A stretch of 63,773 nucleotides of DNA, filler included, from Licmophora abbreviata (taxonomy: Eukaryota), in the NCBI GenBank assembly GCA_900291995.1. It is 16 parts of 16 records of this genome, joined end to end, with 100 filler letters (N's around TTAATTAATTAA, not from the genome) between each part and the next. Parts side by side here need not be neighbours in the genome. Positions count along the whole stretch, not along the records: positions 1,743 to 15,995 come from OLMU01005644.1; positions 16,096 to 17,281 come from OLMU01005645.1; positions 17,382 to 23,703 come from OLMU01005646.1; 13 more parts are not named here. One strand, given 5' to 3'. Each line of letters starts with the position of its first letter. The first letter of the stretch is position 1. Below are positions 9,968-20,500 of the stretch, piece after piece. A program made the translations under genes and the position numbers. The notes under the pieces are model-generated. The model did no database searches. It saw only the letters and a program-made list of their open reading frames with translations, and was not told where the DNA came from.

Positions 9968-11095
9968 ATGGAAAAGCTGCCGTTCAATCGCCCTTCGATG
10001 ACTGGCCGAGAGTTGGAGTACCTGACGGAGGCCGTCAGCAGCAGCAAACTTTCCGGCGATGGGCCCTTTACGCAACGCTGTCACGAATGGCTCGAAAATA
10101 CGTTCGACAGTCCGGCTCTTTTGACGCATTCCTGCACCGGGGCTCTGGAGATGGCTGTCATGCTCGCAGATCTGCAGCCCGGCGATGAGGTCATTCTTCC
10201 ATCATACACCTTTGTTTCGACTGCCAATGCCGTCGTTTTAAGAGGTGCTTTTCCAGTATTCGTCGATATACGCAAGGACACTCTGAATTTAGACGAAACG
10301 TTGATCGAGGATGCGATTACGCCAAGAACCAAGGCCATAATTGCGGTTCATTATGCCGGAGTATGTGCCGAAATGGATGTCATCAATGACATCGCGTCCA
10401 AACACAACCTATTCGTCATCGAAGACGCCGCACAGGCAATGCTGTCGACCTACAAGGGGAAACTGGCGGGGACGCTTTCAGACTTCTCCGCGTTCAGCTT
10501 CCATGAGACCAAAAACATCCTGTCGGGCGAAGGCGGGGCCCTCATCGTAAATAATCGGTCATATTTCGAACGAGCCGAGATTTTGCGTGAGAAGGGGACG
10601 AACCGGAAGAAGTTTTTCCGCGGCGCGACGGATAAATACACATGGGTGGATATTGGTTCCTCTTATCTGCCATCTGAGTTGGTCGCGGCATATTTGTTCG
10701 CGCAGCTCGAAACCGCGCAAGACGTGACGCAGTACAGAATAGACGTCTGCAACCGTTATCGGGACAGCTTTTCTGAGCTAAGCGATGAAGGCCTTGTGGG
10801 ACTTCCGGTTTGCCCAGAAAACTGTGTGTCTAATGGGCACATGTTTTATCTCGTCCTAAGAACTCCCGGCGATCGAGATCGTTTCATTGAAAAAATGTCG
10901 GCAGAGGGTGTAATGACCCCGTTTCACTATGTCCCCCTGCACTCCTCTCCTGCCGGAATAAGATTTGGCAAGACCCATGGCAGTCTTGAAAACACTGACG
11001 CCTTGAGTTCGAGACTTGTACGTTTGCCTGTTTATTATGGCGTCAAGGAACACCAAGACCGGATAATAGAAGCAGTAAGAAAATTTTTCGCATGA
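9968..11095 (+). CDS. wecE: dTDP-4-amino-4,6-dideoxygalactose transaminase
   Basis: LPFNRP, SGDGPFT, LLTHSCTGALEMA, FSFHETKN (PLP Lys), REKGTNR, DKYTWVDIGSSYLPSE, FHYVPLHSSP. Confidence 0.92.
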   Translation: MEKLPFNRPSMTGRELEYLTEAVSSSKLSGDGPFTQRCHEWLENTFDSPALLTHSCTGALEMAVMLADLQPGDEVILPSYTFVSTANAVVLRGAFPVFVDIRKDTLNLDETLIEDAITPRTKAIIAVHYAGVCAEMDVINDIASKHNLFVIEDAAQAMLSTYKGKLAGTLSDFSAFSFHETKNILSGEGGALIVNNRSYFERAEILREKGTNRKKFFRGATDKYTWVDIGSSYLPSELVAAYLFAQLETAQDVTQYRIDVCNRYRDSFSELSDEGLVGLPVCPENCVSNGHMFYLVLRTPGDRDRFIEKMSAEGVMTPFHYVPLHSSPAGIRFGKTHGSLENTDALSSRLVRLPVYYGVKEHQDRIIEAVRKFFA

Positions 11096-11126
11096 ACGCA
11101 GAAGATTATCGGACACCTGACGTGTC

Positions 11127-12000
11127 ATGAAAACTGTCGTGCAAGAGAATGGACAATCCATGAACTCCAAAGTCATCACTTTTGTAGAGAGTTCTGATAT
11201 CCCAAACTCTGCTTTATGGGTGGCCGAAGCAAAATTCGGCTTTCGCTATGTCAATGAAAAGATATTGGCGCTTGAGGATCACTCAAACATTCTCGAGGTC
11301 GGCTGCGGCAGCGGTATTTTATTGTCTGTATTTTCTGAAATATATCCCAAGCATCTTTTTGACGGGATAGAGCCATTCGGAGACGGTTTTGCTTCTCTTA
11401 AAGAGCTTAACGCGCTCGTCCAGGAAAGTGGCGTAGATATAAGTCCGTGCTCTTATGAAAATTACGAGACCGATAAGAAGTATGATCTGATCTATTGCGT
11501 TAACGTATTTGAGCACGTTGAGGATTGGAGACACTTTTTGGAATGGGTTTCAGAGAAGCTCAAGGACGACGGTGTGTTTCTGGTGTTATGCCCCAACTAT
11601 AGTTTCCCGTATGAAAGTCATTTCCGTATTCCGGTATTGGGAACCAAGGCCCTGACGTACCGATTTTTTTAAGCGCCACATCGACAAGTTGGAGCAGGAT
11701 ACTCAGTCTTTTGGCCTGTGGGCTTCTCTGAATTTCGTCAAGAAACGGGACGTTAAAAAGTTCATTCGAGAAAATCGAACAGTGCTTAATTTGGATCTCA
11801 GTGATGAAACAGAGATCATCGACGATATAGTCAGCCGTGTCGTCGAGGATAAAGAATTTCGGAAAAGGCAAAGACTGATAGGAACAATCGGTTTGTTTCT
11901 CCGAAAGATCGGAATTTTGAGATTTATCAAACTGGTTCCGAACCTCATTCCATATATGAAGCTTTCTTTTAGAAAGCGGCGTGCGGATCATCCATCCTGA
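11127..12000 (+). pseudogene. Class I SAM methyltransferase, frameshifted at T7 run 11664-11670
   Basis: LEVGCGSG, YDLIYCVNVFEHV, CPNYSFPYESHF; removing one T joins ORFs 11127-11672 and 11689-12000 (..YRFFKRHIDKLEQ..). Confidence 0.7.
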
Positions 12001-12091
12001 CAGCTCTTCTGATGTATGCCGTGGTTGAGCGCAGATCCGCAGTATGTCTGTTTCCTTTGGCTGCACCTGCCCGTTCGCCTTGTTTTTCGCC

Positions 12092-14005
12092 CTATCGCAG
12101 CAGCCCGGCCCAATCCCATTTTGCACCCAGATAGGCAGATCCCTCTTTCGAGAGGTGAAACCTGTCGCGGAAAATCAGGGCGCCGTCCTGGATGACATCG
12201 CATGTGCCGGTGCCGCAGATCATCTCCGTAAGGTTCACGATCTTCGCCTCGTCGGCCACCAGAGACAGGAAATCCGCCACGGTCTTGTCCAGCGCATCGC
12301 CCGGCGCGAAATCGCAGGTGGCCTCATCAAGGCCGAACCTTGCGCTGCGCATGGCGCAGGCGCCCGTGTTGTAACCGCTGCCGGGGGGCGGGGCGAAAAG
12401 GACAACCTCTGCGCCGGTGTCGCGGATACGCGCCAGGGTTTCGCGCAAAGCGGCCAGAACGCGATCCTGAGACGCGGAATATGTAGTGACCTCGCGGTCG
12501 AACAGATCGTAAAAGATAATGGAAAACGGGGATGACAGAACGACATGGGTCACGCTGTCATTGGCCTCGAGCCACTCCAGCACCTGATCGTTGAAGGCCA
12601 TGCAGTCGCGCGCCCATTGCTCGCCATATCCTGCCGTCGACAGGTTCAGGGCGATGCCAAGCATCGGGGCGCATTGCGATTTGGTGTGCTGTTGCAGCTT
12701 CATGTCCGGATCGCTTGCCAGAAGCCCTTGGGCCAGGTGCATCGCGAAACTGTCGCCCCATAACAGGATTTCGGGCGCGTCGGATGTCCGGCATTTCTCG
12801 GAAAGCGTGAAGTCCGCAGTGCAGTCGATATGCAGGCCCGGATTTATGGCGATGCGGTCATCAAGCCCGCGCATCTCTTCGGCATCTGCGCGCAGCACCG
12901 CCCCTTCGCGCGACACGAGGATGCCGCCAGCGATGCAAATGGCCAGACTTGCCAGCAGGCTGGCGGCAAAGACGTGGCGGCGGGCTGGAAGCCACATCCC
13001 GGCTTTACGCCGGAAGGGGGCTTCGACGAAGCGCCAGCTGAGATAGGCAAGCCCGAGTGACAAAAGGCTCAGGCCGATCATCAGAGGCTCGGATGGGGTG
13101 GTCAGGCTGCGGATGCGCGCGAAGGCGAAAAGCGGCTGGTGCCACAGATAGGCGCTGTAGCTGATGAGGCCGATCGCCACCATGCCGCGCAGCGAAAGAA
13201 GCTTTCCGACCGCTGTCGAAGGGCCTGCATAAAGGATGATCAGTGCGGTGCCGACAACCGGCAAGAGCGCGTATAGCGACGGAAAGGGGGTCGTCTTGTC
13301 ATAAACTGTTGCCGCCAAAAGCACGCCCACAAGGCCAGCCGCGGCCAGATAGCCATTGGTCAGCGGCCCGCGACGGTTGAGCACGAAGGCACAAAGCGAC
13401 CCCACACCCAATTCCCAGGCGCGGGTATGCAGAAGGTAGAATGTGGCGCCAGGGGCCGTGCGCGAGCTCAGTTCCGCCAGCAAAAGGCTCACGACGCAAA
13501 TCCCAAGAACCGCGTAGAAGGCTGGATTGCGGCCAAAGCGCCAGAGCCACAAGAGCAGGAGCGGGAAGAAGATGTAGAACTGCTCCTCCACGGCCAGAGA
13601 CCACGTGTGCAGCAGGGGATTATCTTCGGCCGCGGGCGCGAAATAACCGATGTTCTGCCAGAAGAGGATGTTCGAGGCGAAGAACACCACGGCAATCATG
13701 GACCTGCCGAAGTCCTCCATTTGCGAAGGCAGCATCCAGGCCCAGGCGAAGGGCGCACAACACAGCATGACGAAGAACAGCGCCGGCAGGATCCGTCTTG
13801 CGCGGCGTTCGTAGAAGCGGGCGATCGAGAATGTGCCCTTTTGCAGATCGTCGATCAGGATGGACGTGATGAGATATCCGCTGATGACGAAGAAAACATC
13901 GACGCCGACAAACCCGCCAGAAAACAGGTCCAGACCGGCATGAAAGAAAATGACCGGCATCACGGCGACGGTGCGCAGGCCGTCTATTTCGGGGCGGTAT
14001 TTCAT
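12092..14005 (-). CDS. OafA/YrhL-type O-acyltransferase (AT3 + SGNH domain)
   Basis: YRPEIDGLR, GGFVGVDVFFVISGYLI, HTWSLAVEEQFY, ISYSAYLWHQP, LWGDSFA, DRFHLS. Confidence 0.93.
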   Translation of the reverse strand: MKYRPEIDGLRTVAVMPVIFFHAGLDLFSGGFVGVDVFFVISGYLITSILIDDLQKGTFSIARFYERRARRILPALFFVMLCCAPFAWAWMLPSQMEDFGRSMIAVVFFASNILFWQNIGYFAPAAEDNPLLHTWSLAVEEQFYIFFPLLLLWLWRFGRNPAFYAVLGICVVSLLLAELSSRTAPGATFYLLHTRAWELGVGSLCAFVLNRRGPLTNGYLAAAGLVGVLLAATVYDKTTPFPSLYALLPVVGTALIILYAGPSTAVGKLLSLRGMVAIGLISYSAYLWHQPLFAFARIRSLTTPSEPLMIGLSLLSLGLAYLSWRFVEAPFRRKAGMWLPARRHVFAASLLASLAICIAGGILVSREGAVLRADAEEMRGLDDRIAINPGLHIDCTADFTLSEKCRTSDAPEILLWGDSFAMHLAQGLLASDPDMKLQQHTKSQCAPMLGIALNLSTAGYGEQWARDCMAFNDQVLEWLEANDSVTHVVLSSPFSIIFYDLFDREVTTYSASQDRVLAALRETLARIRDTGAEVVLFAPPPGSGYNTGACAMRSARFGLDEATCDFAPGDALDKTVADFLSLVADEAKIVNLTEMICGTGTCDVIQDGALIFRDRFHLSKEGSAYLGAKWDWAGLLR

Positions 14006-14250
14006 GGTCGGGCCCGGCTTGATCTGAAACTGCAAGACATGGTGTTGTTTTGCTGCTCAAACCTCCATTGTCAAAGCGTCGTCTTCGTCGGAGGCTTGCA
14101 AAGGTTCGGGCTGTGGCGGCTTTGCAGGTCCGCCGCTGGTCGGGTGTCATAAAATTCGCTATCCCGACATCAGTGAGTGACCGAATCGCAGCGCGGCGAT
14201 TCCGAGGGACATGGCAAGGCGCGTCGTCTTGTCCACGAGGAGGTAAATTC

Positions 14251-14658
14251 TTGTCGCTGAGCCAATGCAGGATCATCAACCTGCCCAAGATCGAAGACGC
14301 ACGGGGCAACCTGACCTTTGTCGAGGGCGGCAACCACATCCCTTTCGACATCAAGCGTGTCTATTACCTTTATGATGTGCCTGGCGGATCGGATCGGGGC
14401 GCGCATGCGCATCGCAACCTGCATCAGTTCATGATTGCCATGTCGGGCAGTTTCGATCTGACGCTGAGCGACGGGTATGAGGAAAAGACGTTCCACCTGA
14501 ACCGGTCGTATTTCGGCATTTATATCTGCCCGATGATGTGGCGCTATCTGGACAACTTTTCATCGGGGGCGGTGTGTATGGTGATGGCATCGGCGTTTTA
14601 CGATGAGGATGATTATATTCGCGACCAAGATCAGTTCATCAAAGAAGTGCGCGGCTGA
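14251..14658 (+). CDS. fdtA: FdtA/QdtA-type sugar 3,4-ketoisomerase (cupin)
   Basis: TTG start after [46 protein letters not shown]. Confidence 0.9.
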   Translation: MSLSQCRIINLPKIEDARGNLTFVEGGNHIPFDIKRVYYLYDVPGGSDRGAHAHRNLHQFMIAMSGSFDLTLSDGYEEKTFHLNRSYFGIYICPMMWRYLDNFSSGAVCMVMASAFYDEDDYIRDQDQFIKEVRG

Positions 14659-14659
14659 C

Positions 14660-15757
14660 ATGGTGGTTCCGTTTCTCGATCTGAAAGCCGCCTATGACGA
14701 GCTGGCCGCCGAGGCGGAAGGCGCGATGCTGACCTCCTTGCGGTCGGGCTGGTACATCCTCGGGCCCGATGTGGAGCGGTTCGAGACCGCCTTTGCCAGC
14801 TATTGCGAGGCGGAACATGCCATTGGTGTGGCCAACGGGCTGGATGCTTTGCGGCTGAGCCTGATGGCGCTGGATATCGGGCCGGGGGACAAGGTTCTGG
14901 TGCCGTCGAATACCTATATCGCGACATGGCTGGCGGTGTCGCAATGCGGCGCGGTGCCGGTGCCGGTCGAGCCGGACGAGGCCACGCATAATATCACCGC
15001 CCAAGGCATTCGTGCCGCGATGCAGCCTGGCGTCAAGGCGGTGATCCCCGTGCATCTCTATGGTCAGCCCGCCGATATGGGCGCGATCATGCCCGTGGCG
15101 CGCGAGCTGGGTCTGAAGGTGATCGAAGATGCCGCGCAGGCCCATGGCGCGCGGTCGGGCGGGCGCAGGATCGGGGCGCATGGCGATGCGGTTTGCTGGA
15201 GCTTTTATCCCGGCAAGAACCTTGGCGCGCTTGGCGATGGTGGCGGGATCACCACCGATGATCCGGAGATCGCCGACCGGCTGCGGCTGTTGCGCAACTA
15301 CGGCTCACGCGAGAAATACCGCAACGAAGAGCCGGGTCTGAACAGCCGGCTCGATCCGGTGCAGGCGGCGTTCCTGTCGGTCAAGCTGAGGGTGCTGGAC
15401 GAATGGAACGGGCGCCGTGCGGGGATTGCCGCGCGCTATCGTGACGCTTTCGCCGATACCGGGCTGATCCTTCCGCAGGTGGCAGCCGGTGTCGATCCGG
15501 TCTGGCATCTGTTCGTGGTGCGCCATCCCGAGCGCGATGCGTTCATGGCGCGGCTGGCCGAGCGCGGGGTCCAGACCCTGGTGCATTATCCGATCGCGCC
15601 GCATGCGCAGGCGGCTTATGGCCCGATGGGTTTGTCGGATGCGGACCTGCCACTGGCCGGTCGTCTTGCGCGCGAGGTCATCAGCCTGCCCATTGGCCCG
15701 CAGATGACTGAAGCCCAGTGCGATGAGGTCATCTCGGCTGTGCGCGAGCTGGTCTGA
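14660..15757 (+). CDS. fdtB: DegT/DnrJ-family aminotransferase, FdtB-like
   Basis: [45 protein letters not shown]; directly after fdtA. Confidence 0.85.
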   Translation: MVVPFLDLKAAYDELAAEAEGAMLTSLRSGWYILGPDVERFETAFASYCEAEHAIGVANGLDALRLSLMALDIGPGDKVLVPSNTYIATWLAVSQCGAVPVPVEPDEATHNITAQGIRAAMQPGVKAVIPVHLYGQPADMGAIMPVARELGLKVIEDAAQAHGARSGGRRIGAHGDAVCWSFYPGKNLGALGDGGGITTDDPEIADRLRLLRNYGSREKYRNEEPGLNSRLDPVQAAFLSVKLRVLDEWNGRRAGIAARYRDAFADTGLILPQVAAGVDPVWHLFVVRHPERDAFMARLAERGVQTLVHYPIAPHAQAAYGPMGLSDADLPLAGRLAREVISLPIGPQMTEAQCDEVISAVRELV

Positions 15758-15771
15758 GCATCCTCGCCACA

Positions 15772-16925
15772 TTACTCCGGCGGGGGGCGGTTTTCCACGA
15801 TCTTCAGCGCCTCGGCATAGGCTGTCTGGCCCATCGGGCCGGGCAGGGACGACAGGATGTCGAGGGTCGTTTGCGATCCCGCCGCCGATATCCAGAGGGG
15901 TGATTTCTTGACGAATTGAAAGCCGCGATGTCGTAGCGTGTAATAGGGCATCACATAGCCCATGGCCTGTGCCGACACCGCGGTCAGGATGATCTNNNNN
16001 NNNNNNNNNNNNNNNNNNNNNNNNNNNNNNNNNNNNNNNTTAATTAATTAANNNNNNNNNNNNNNNNNNNNNNNNNNNNNNNNNNNNNNNNNNNNGTCAC
16101 CGCGTCAAGCTCGGTCGTGTCCAGCGCCGCGATTTCCTTGTCGAGGTCCATGACCGAACAGGTGGCATCATGGCTGAACCCATGGCGCATGACCCATTGC
16201 GTGAGGCCGATCTCGCCGCGCCGGACGGTGCGCTTTTTCTGGTTCGACAGGCGAAAGCGTTTCCAGAAGGTCACGAAGGCCGGATCGCGCAGGATTTTCT
16301 GGCCGATGGCCAGCGCATAAGAGGCGTAGTGGAAATTCCGGTGATGGATCGTGTATTGCCAGCGCAGCTCGCGGAAATCATCCGCGTCATGGCGCTTGAT
16401 CCCGTAATTCGACGTGGCCCCGCAGAAATCCACCCCCTTGGCGCGCACGTCCTGGAACCAGCTTTGCGGCGCCTCCACCATCCAGGCGGAATCGTTGAGG
16501 ATATAGAGCCGATCCAGATCGGGCAGGGTGCTTTCGAGCGCCAGGATGCCGTCCCTGTAGCCGCCGAAATCATAGCCCAGGTTGGGACGTTCGATGATCC
16601 GGGTGGCCAGGGGCGCCAGTGTTGCCAGATCGTCCGAGGAGAGCGGCAGGTTCGAGACAATGACCGGGCTGATGCCCTCGTCGATCATCAGGCGCAGCGC
16701 ATCGAGATGCGATGCCAGGATGCCGCCCGCCGGAAAGATCAGGTAGATCGCCACCTGGCGCCCCATCGGCAGATCGCCCTCATGGGTCTTGCGCATGGCC
16801 GCCGCCTTGCGGTCATAGCTGGCGCGCAGGTCGAAATATTCCCATGTCAGGCCGGGTAGCTCGGCGATCTGCCGCCCGAAGCGCAGGATCTCGCGCTTGA
16901 GTTTCCAAAGAGGAAATTTCCGCAT
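15772..16925 (-). CDS. Rhamnan synthesis F (RgpF) family protein, split by gap
   Basis: VIVSN, RPNLGYDFGGY, ILNDS, RRGEIGLTQ; C-terminal piece with FQFVKK after the gap. Confidence 0.75.
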
Positions 16926-17248
16926 CGGCTGGAATCCTGATTATCTGACGTTGATCCTTGGGCGTCTTATGTAAGGCCGCGCATGATGCTTAGTCGATGA
17001 TCCGGCGCGGGTCCATCGGATGATGGCGGGCAGGCTGTCTTTGCACGCGGCATGACAGGGCGTTACCATTTCGGGTGGAGCGATGCGTTAGCCGCGCGGT
17101 GTGGATAGTATGGATCTCGGTCTGGCTTGGAGGTCGAGGCGCAAGATGTACATAGCGGCATCCAGTGCAGGTCGACGCGCGTGCCGAGGCTTCAAGTGCA
17201 GATCGCCGGATGCGTCGATTGCGGCGTCGCTTTCCCTTTCATACTCCG

Positions 17249-18697
17249 TCAGGTCGCATACCCTTCCTTCTGAGAGGCGTANNNNNNNNNNNNNNNNNNN
17301 NNNNNNNNNNNNNNNNNNNNNNNNNTTAATTAATTAANNNNNNNNNNNNNNNNNNNNNNNNNNNNNNNNNNNNNNNNNNNNAAGATCACGATGTCCTGAG
17401 CCACGACCGAAAACGAGCTGCGCAGTGACTTGACCTTGATGTCCCGGACATCCAGCCCGTCTATGGTGATCTTGCCACCGTCGACATCGTAAAGCCGGGT
17501 GATAAGGCTGAGGACCGTGGTCTTGCCTGACCCGGTCGCCCCGACGATCGCGGTTTTCTTGCCCCCTTCGATCAGCAGATCCAGATCCTCGAACAGGGGA
17601 TGCTGCGGGTCATATGCGAATTTGACCTGATCGAATTTGATGTCACCCTCGGTGTTGAACTCTGCGACCGAGCCTTCGTGATCCGTGATCCGCATTTTCT
17701 CACGGTAGACCCCGCGAATGCTGTCCAGCAGAATCAGGCTGGCCTGCAACTGGGCAAAGAAACTGGCCAGCAGGCGCAGTGGATCGAACATGATCACCAG
17801 ACCCAGCAAAAACGCGATGATTCCGGCGGCATCCATGCCGAACCCGCCCTGGATCACCATGTAGCCGCCGCCGCCGATGACCAACACATAGACAAAGGCC
17901 GACACGACATCGATCGAGGGCGGGAACAGAGCTTGCACGGCATTCAGACGGATCATCAGATCGCGTATGCCGTCGGTCGCCTCGAACAGACGATCCCTCT
18001 CGCGGTCTTCCTGCCCCGAGATTTTCACCGTGCGCATGCCGTTGGTCATCTCTTCGATGCCCGACATGTAGTTGCCAAACGCGTTTTCTGCGCTTTGCTG
18101 GACGTCTTTGATCTTGCCCGAAATCCCGCGCATCATCACAACGAGGACCGGTATCACGATCATGGCAGCCGTAAAAAGCAGAGGGGATTTATAGATCAAA
18201 TACCCAGATACCACGATGACAGTGGCCAAATCCCTCACGGCGGCGACAGTGCCCTGTCCCACAAAATGACTGAGGCTGTCGACCTGACTGACCAGGCGCA
18301 GGATGATATCGCCCGATTTTGTCTTTTCGAAATAAGACAGGTCCAGCCGCAACAAATGCTTGATGAGATCCTGCCGCATGGAACGCACCGCGTTGCTGGC
18401 AAGCCAGACCGAAATGCGGGGCGTCACATAAGACAACACGGCACGCGTGCCGAAGAGAAGGAACACGAATGCGCAGACTTTGATCAGTTGGGACAGTGAG
18501 CCATCCTCGAAGATGACCCGAAGCCCGTTTTCGGTGAGCGACAGGAACTGTTGATAAACAAGGGCCTGCGCCGAGACCATTGCAAGGACCAACAGGAGCC
18601 AGGGCGACTTGTCCTTCAGGTAATTCCGCCAAAACCACTTGATGTTGTCGATGTCGGTTGGACTGAACATCGGTTGTTTTTGGGAGGATTTTCCCAT
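17249..18697 (-). CDS. MsbA-like ABC exporter (fused TMD+NBD), split by gap
   Basis: Six-TM domain, Walker A GATGSGKTT; probable C-terminal tail YASQKEGYAT* at 17281-17249 beyond the gap. Confidence 0.85.
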
Positions 18698-18886
18698 CAG
18701 GAGGGCTCCAGTATTCCGAAATTTTCACGGTTGGCTCTGACCCAACGATGTCGGGCTTTTATTGGCCGGTATGGGTGAAGTCAATTTTCGTTCTTGTCCC
18801 GCTGGCAGATGTGTGGACCACCCTTGGGAATTGTCGATACTTTGGCGTCTGCCACTTGGCAAAGGCGCCACCAACTCGACACAGGT

Positions 18887-19510
18887 TCACACCGATTTCA
18901 GCAGGTTGCTCAACGCCTTCCCGTCATGCACCACATGGTCCGCGGCGTCGATTGCCGATGCTGCGGGAGGATGCACACCTCCGAAGGCGATCGCGATCGT
19001 GGCCTCGGACAGCATGTCGGCATCATTGGCGCCATCGCCGATGGCGATCATGCGCCTGTAGCCGAAAACCTTTTTGATACGGCGCAGGGTTTGCGCCTTG
19101 TTCAGGAGTGTCTTTAGCTCGAGGGCGCCATTGTCATGGACCGCTTCGGACGCATAGGCGCGGCATCCAAGGCGCTCGATGATGGGTGCGATCCAGATAT
19201 CGAGATTGCCCGTCAGAATGAAGCAATCCTCGCGGTTTTCATGGATGAATTGCAGGATATGCGGATCAAGCGGTGCATTGGACACGATGCGCCTGATGGT
19301 GTCCGGCGTGATCTTGCTCAACAGCTGGCACCGATGACGGAACGAGGGTTCGAAGGCTGTATGACCTTCCATCGCCGCCTTGGTCAGCGTGGCCATGTCC
19401 CGGCCAAGCCCGATCTCGGCGGCGATCAGAGGAAGCAGTTCGGTTTGGGTGATCGTGCCGTCGAGATCAAAACAATAGGCGGTGTCCCTGTCCGGTGGAG
19501 GCAATGTCAT
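18887..19510 (-). CDS. HAD-IB phosphatase (phosphoserine phosphatase-like)
   Basis: FDLDGT, ILTG, K, IGDGAND motifs; overlaps upstream GT2 stop by 4 nt. Confidence 0.85.
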   Translation of the reverse strand: MTLPPPDRDTAYCFDLDGTITQTELLPLIAAEIGLGRDMATLTKAAMEGHTAFEPSFRHRCQLLSKITPDTIRRIVSNAPLDPHILQFIHENREDCFILTGNLDIWIAPIIERLGCRAYASEAVHDNGALELKTLLNKAQTLRRIKKVFGYRRMIAIGDGANDADMLSEATIAIAFGGVHPPAASAIDAADHVVHDGKALSNLLKSV

Positions 19511-20391
19511 CGCGATCTTGCAGGGCCTTGCGGGTCCGAGCCTGTGGCGCGCAGCCCCTGCAGAACGCCGCGAAGGAAGGCCAGTTGTTTGGCGCGCTTG
19601 CGGGCGGACAAGAGGGTGAGTGGCGAGATCAGTTGAATAAGTGCCGAGACAAGCGCCTTGCGCCCGGCCCCCGGAAGCTGGTGCTTGCGCGCGGCATAGA
19701 CCCGTGACCGGCCCATGTGAAAGGCCTTGAACGCGGCGGAGGCGGGGGAGCGGACCGTGGAGTTCCCTGCGTCATGGGTCACGCGCGCGCCATGCACGAA
19801 CATGAGGGAGCCGATCGTCTTGAGGCGAAGCGCCAGGTCGTCATCCTCGTGATAGAGGAAGATCGCGGGATCGAAGCCGCCCACCGTCTCGAACGCCGAG
19901 CGGCGCACGAAAAACGCAGCGCCGGTCAGAACAGGCACGTCGCGGTCGGCATCGGGCCATCCGGCGGGCAAGCGCGCAGAGGCGGGCAAAAGAACACTGC
20001 CGCGCTTAAAATAGGGGCGCCCCTTGCCATCCGTGATCGCCGGGTTGAAGGCCACGGCCTCGGGATGCGCGTCAGCCGCTGCGACCAGCGCCTCGATCGC
20101 GCCATCGCCAAGCCGGGCATCTGGGTTCAGGAACAGCACGAATTCGCTTAGGGCCTTGGCCGCGCCGATATTACATGCGGGACCGAAGCCGCGATTGTCG
20201 TCGTTGCGGATCAGCTGCGCACCATGAGCCTGCGCCAGATCGGCCAGGGCTGCGGCATCGCGCGAGGCATTGTCGACCACGATGGCTGTGCTGCCGCGTG
20301 GCACCGATGCCAGCATCTTGGGCAGGACCGCAAGGCTGTCATGGGCGACAGTGACCACGGTCACACGTTCTGGGGCGACTGGAATTGACAT
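19507..20391 (-). CDS. Glycosyltransferase family 2 (rhamnosyltransferase-like)
   Basis: VVDNAS, NRGFGPACNIG, FLNPDA, GGFDPAIFLYHEDDDL; ATG at 20391. Confidence 0.88.
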   Translation of the reverse strand: MSIPVAPERVTVVTVAHDSLAVLPKMLASVPRGSTAIVVDNASRDAAALADLAQAHGAQLIRNDDNRGFGPACNIGAAKALSEFVLFLNPDARLGDGAIEALVAAADAHPEAVAFNPAITDGKGRPYFKRGSVLLPASARLPAGWPDADRDVPVLTGAAFFVRRSAFETVGGFDPAIFLYHEDDDLALRLKTIGSLMFVHGARVTHDAGNSTVRSPASAAFKAFHMGRSRVYAARKHQLPGAGRKALVSALIQLISPLTLLSARKRAKQLAFLRGVLQGLRATGSDPQGPARSR

Positions 20392-20500
20392 CGGCGCTGG
20401 AAAACAGCCTTTTGGCGTGTGAACGAAACTAGGGCTGCATAGCAACTGCAACCTGCCAGGGGAAGCCCGCAGAGAGGGACACAGCCGGGAAGGGCATGGG

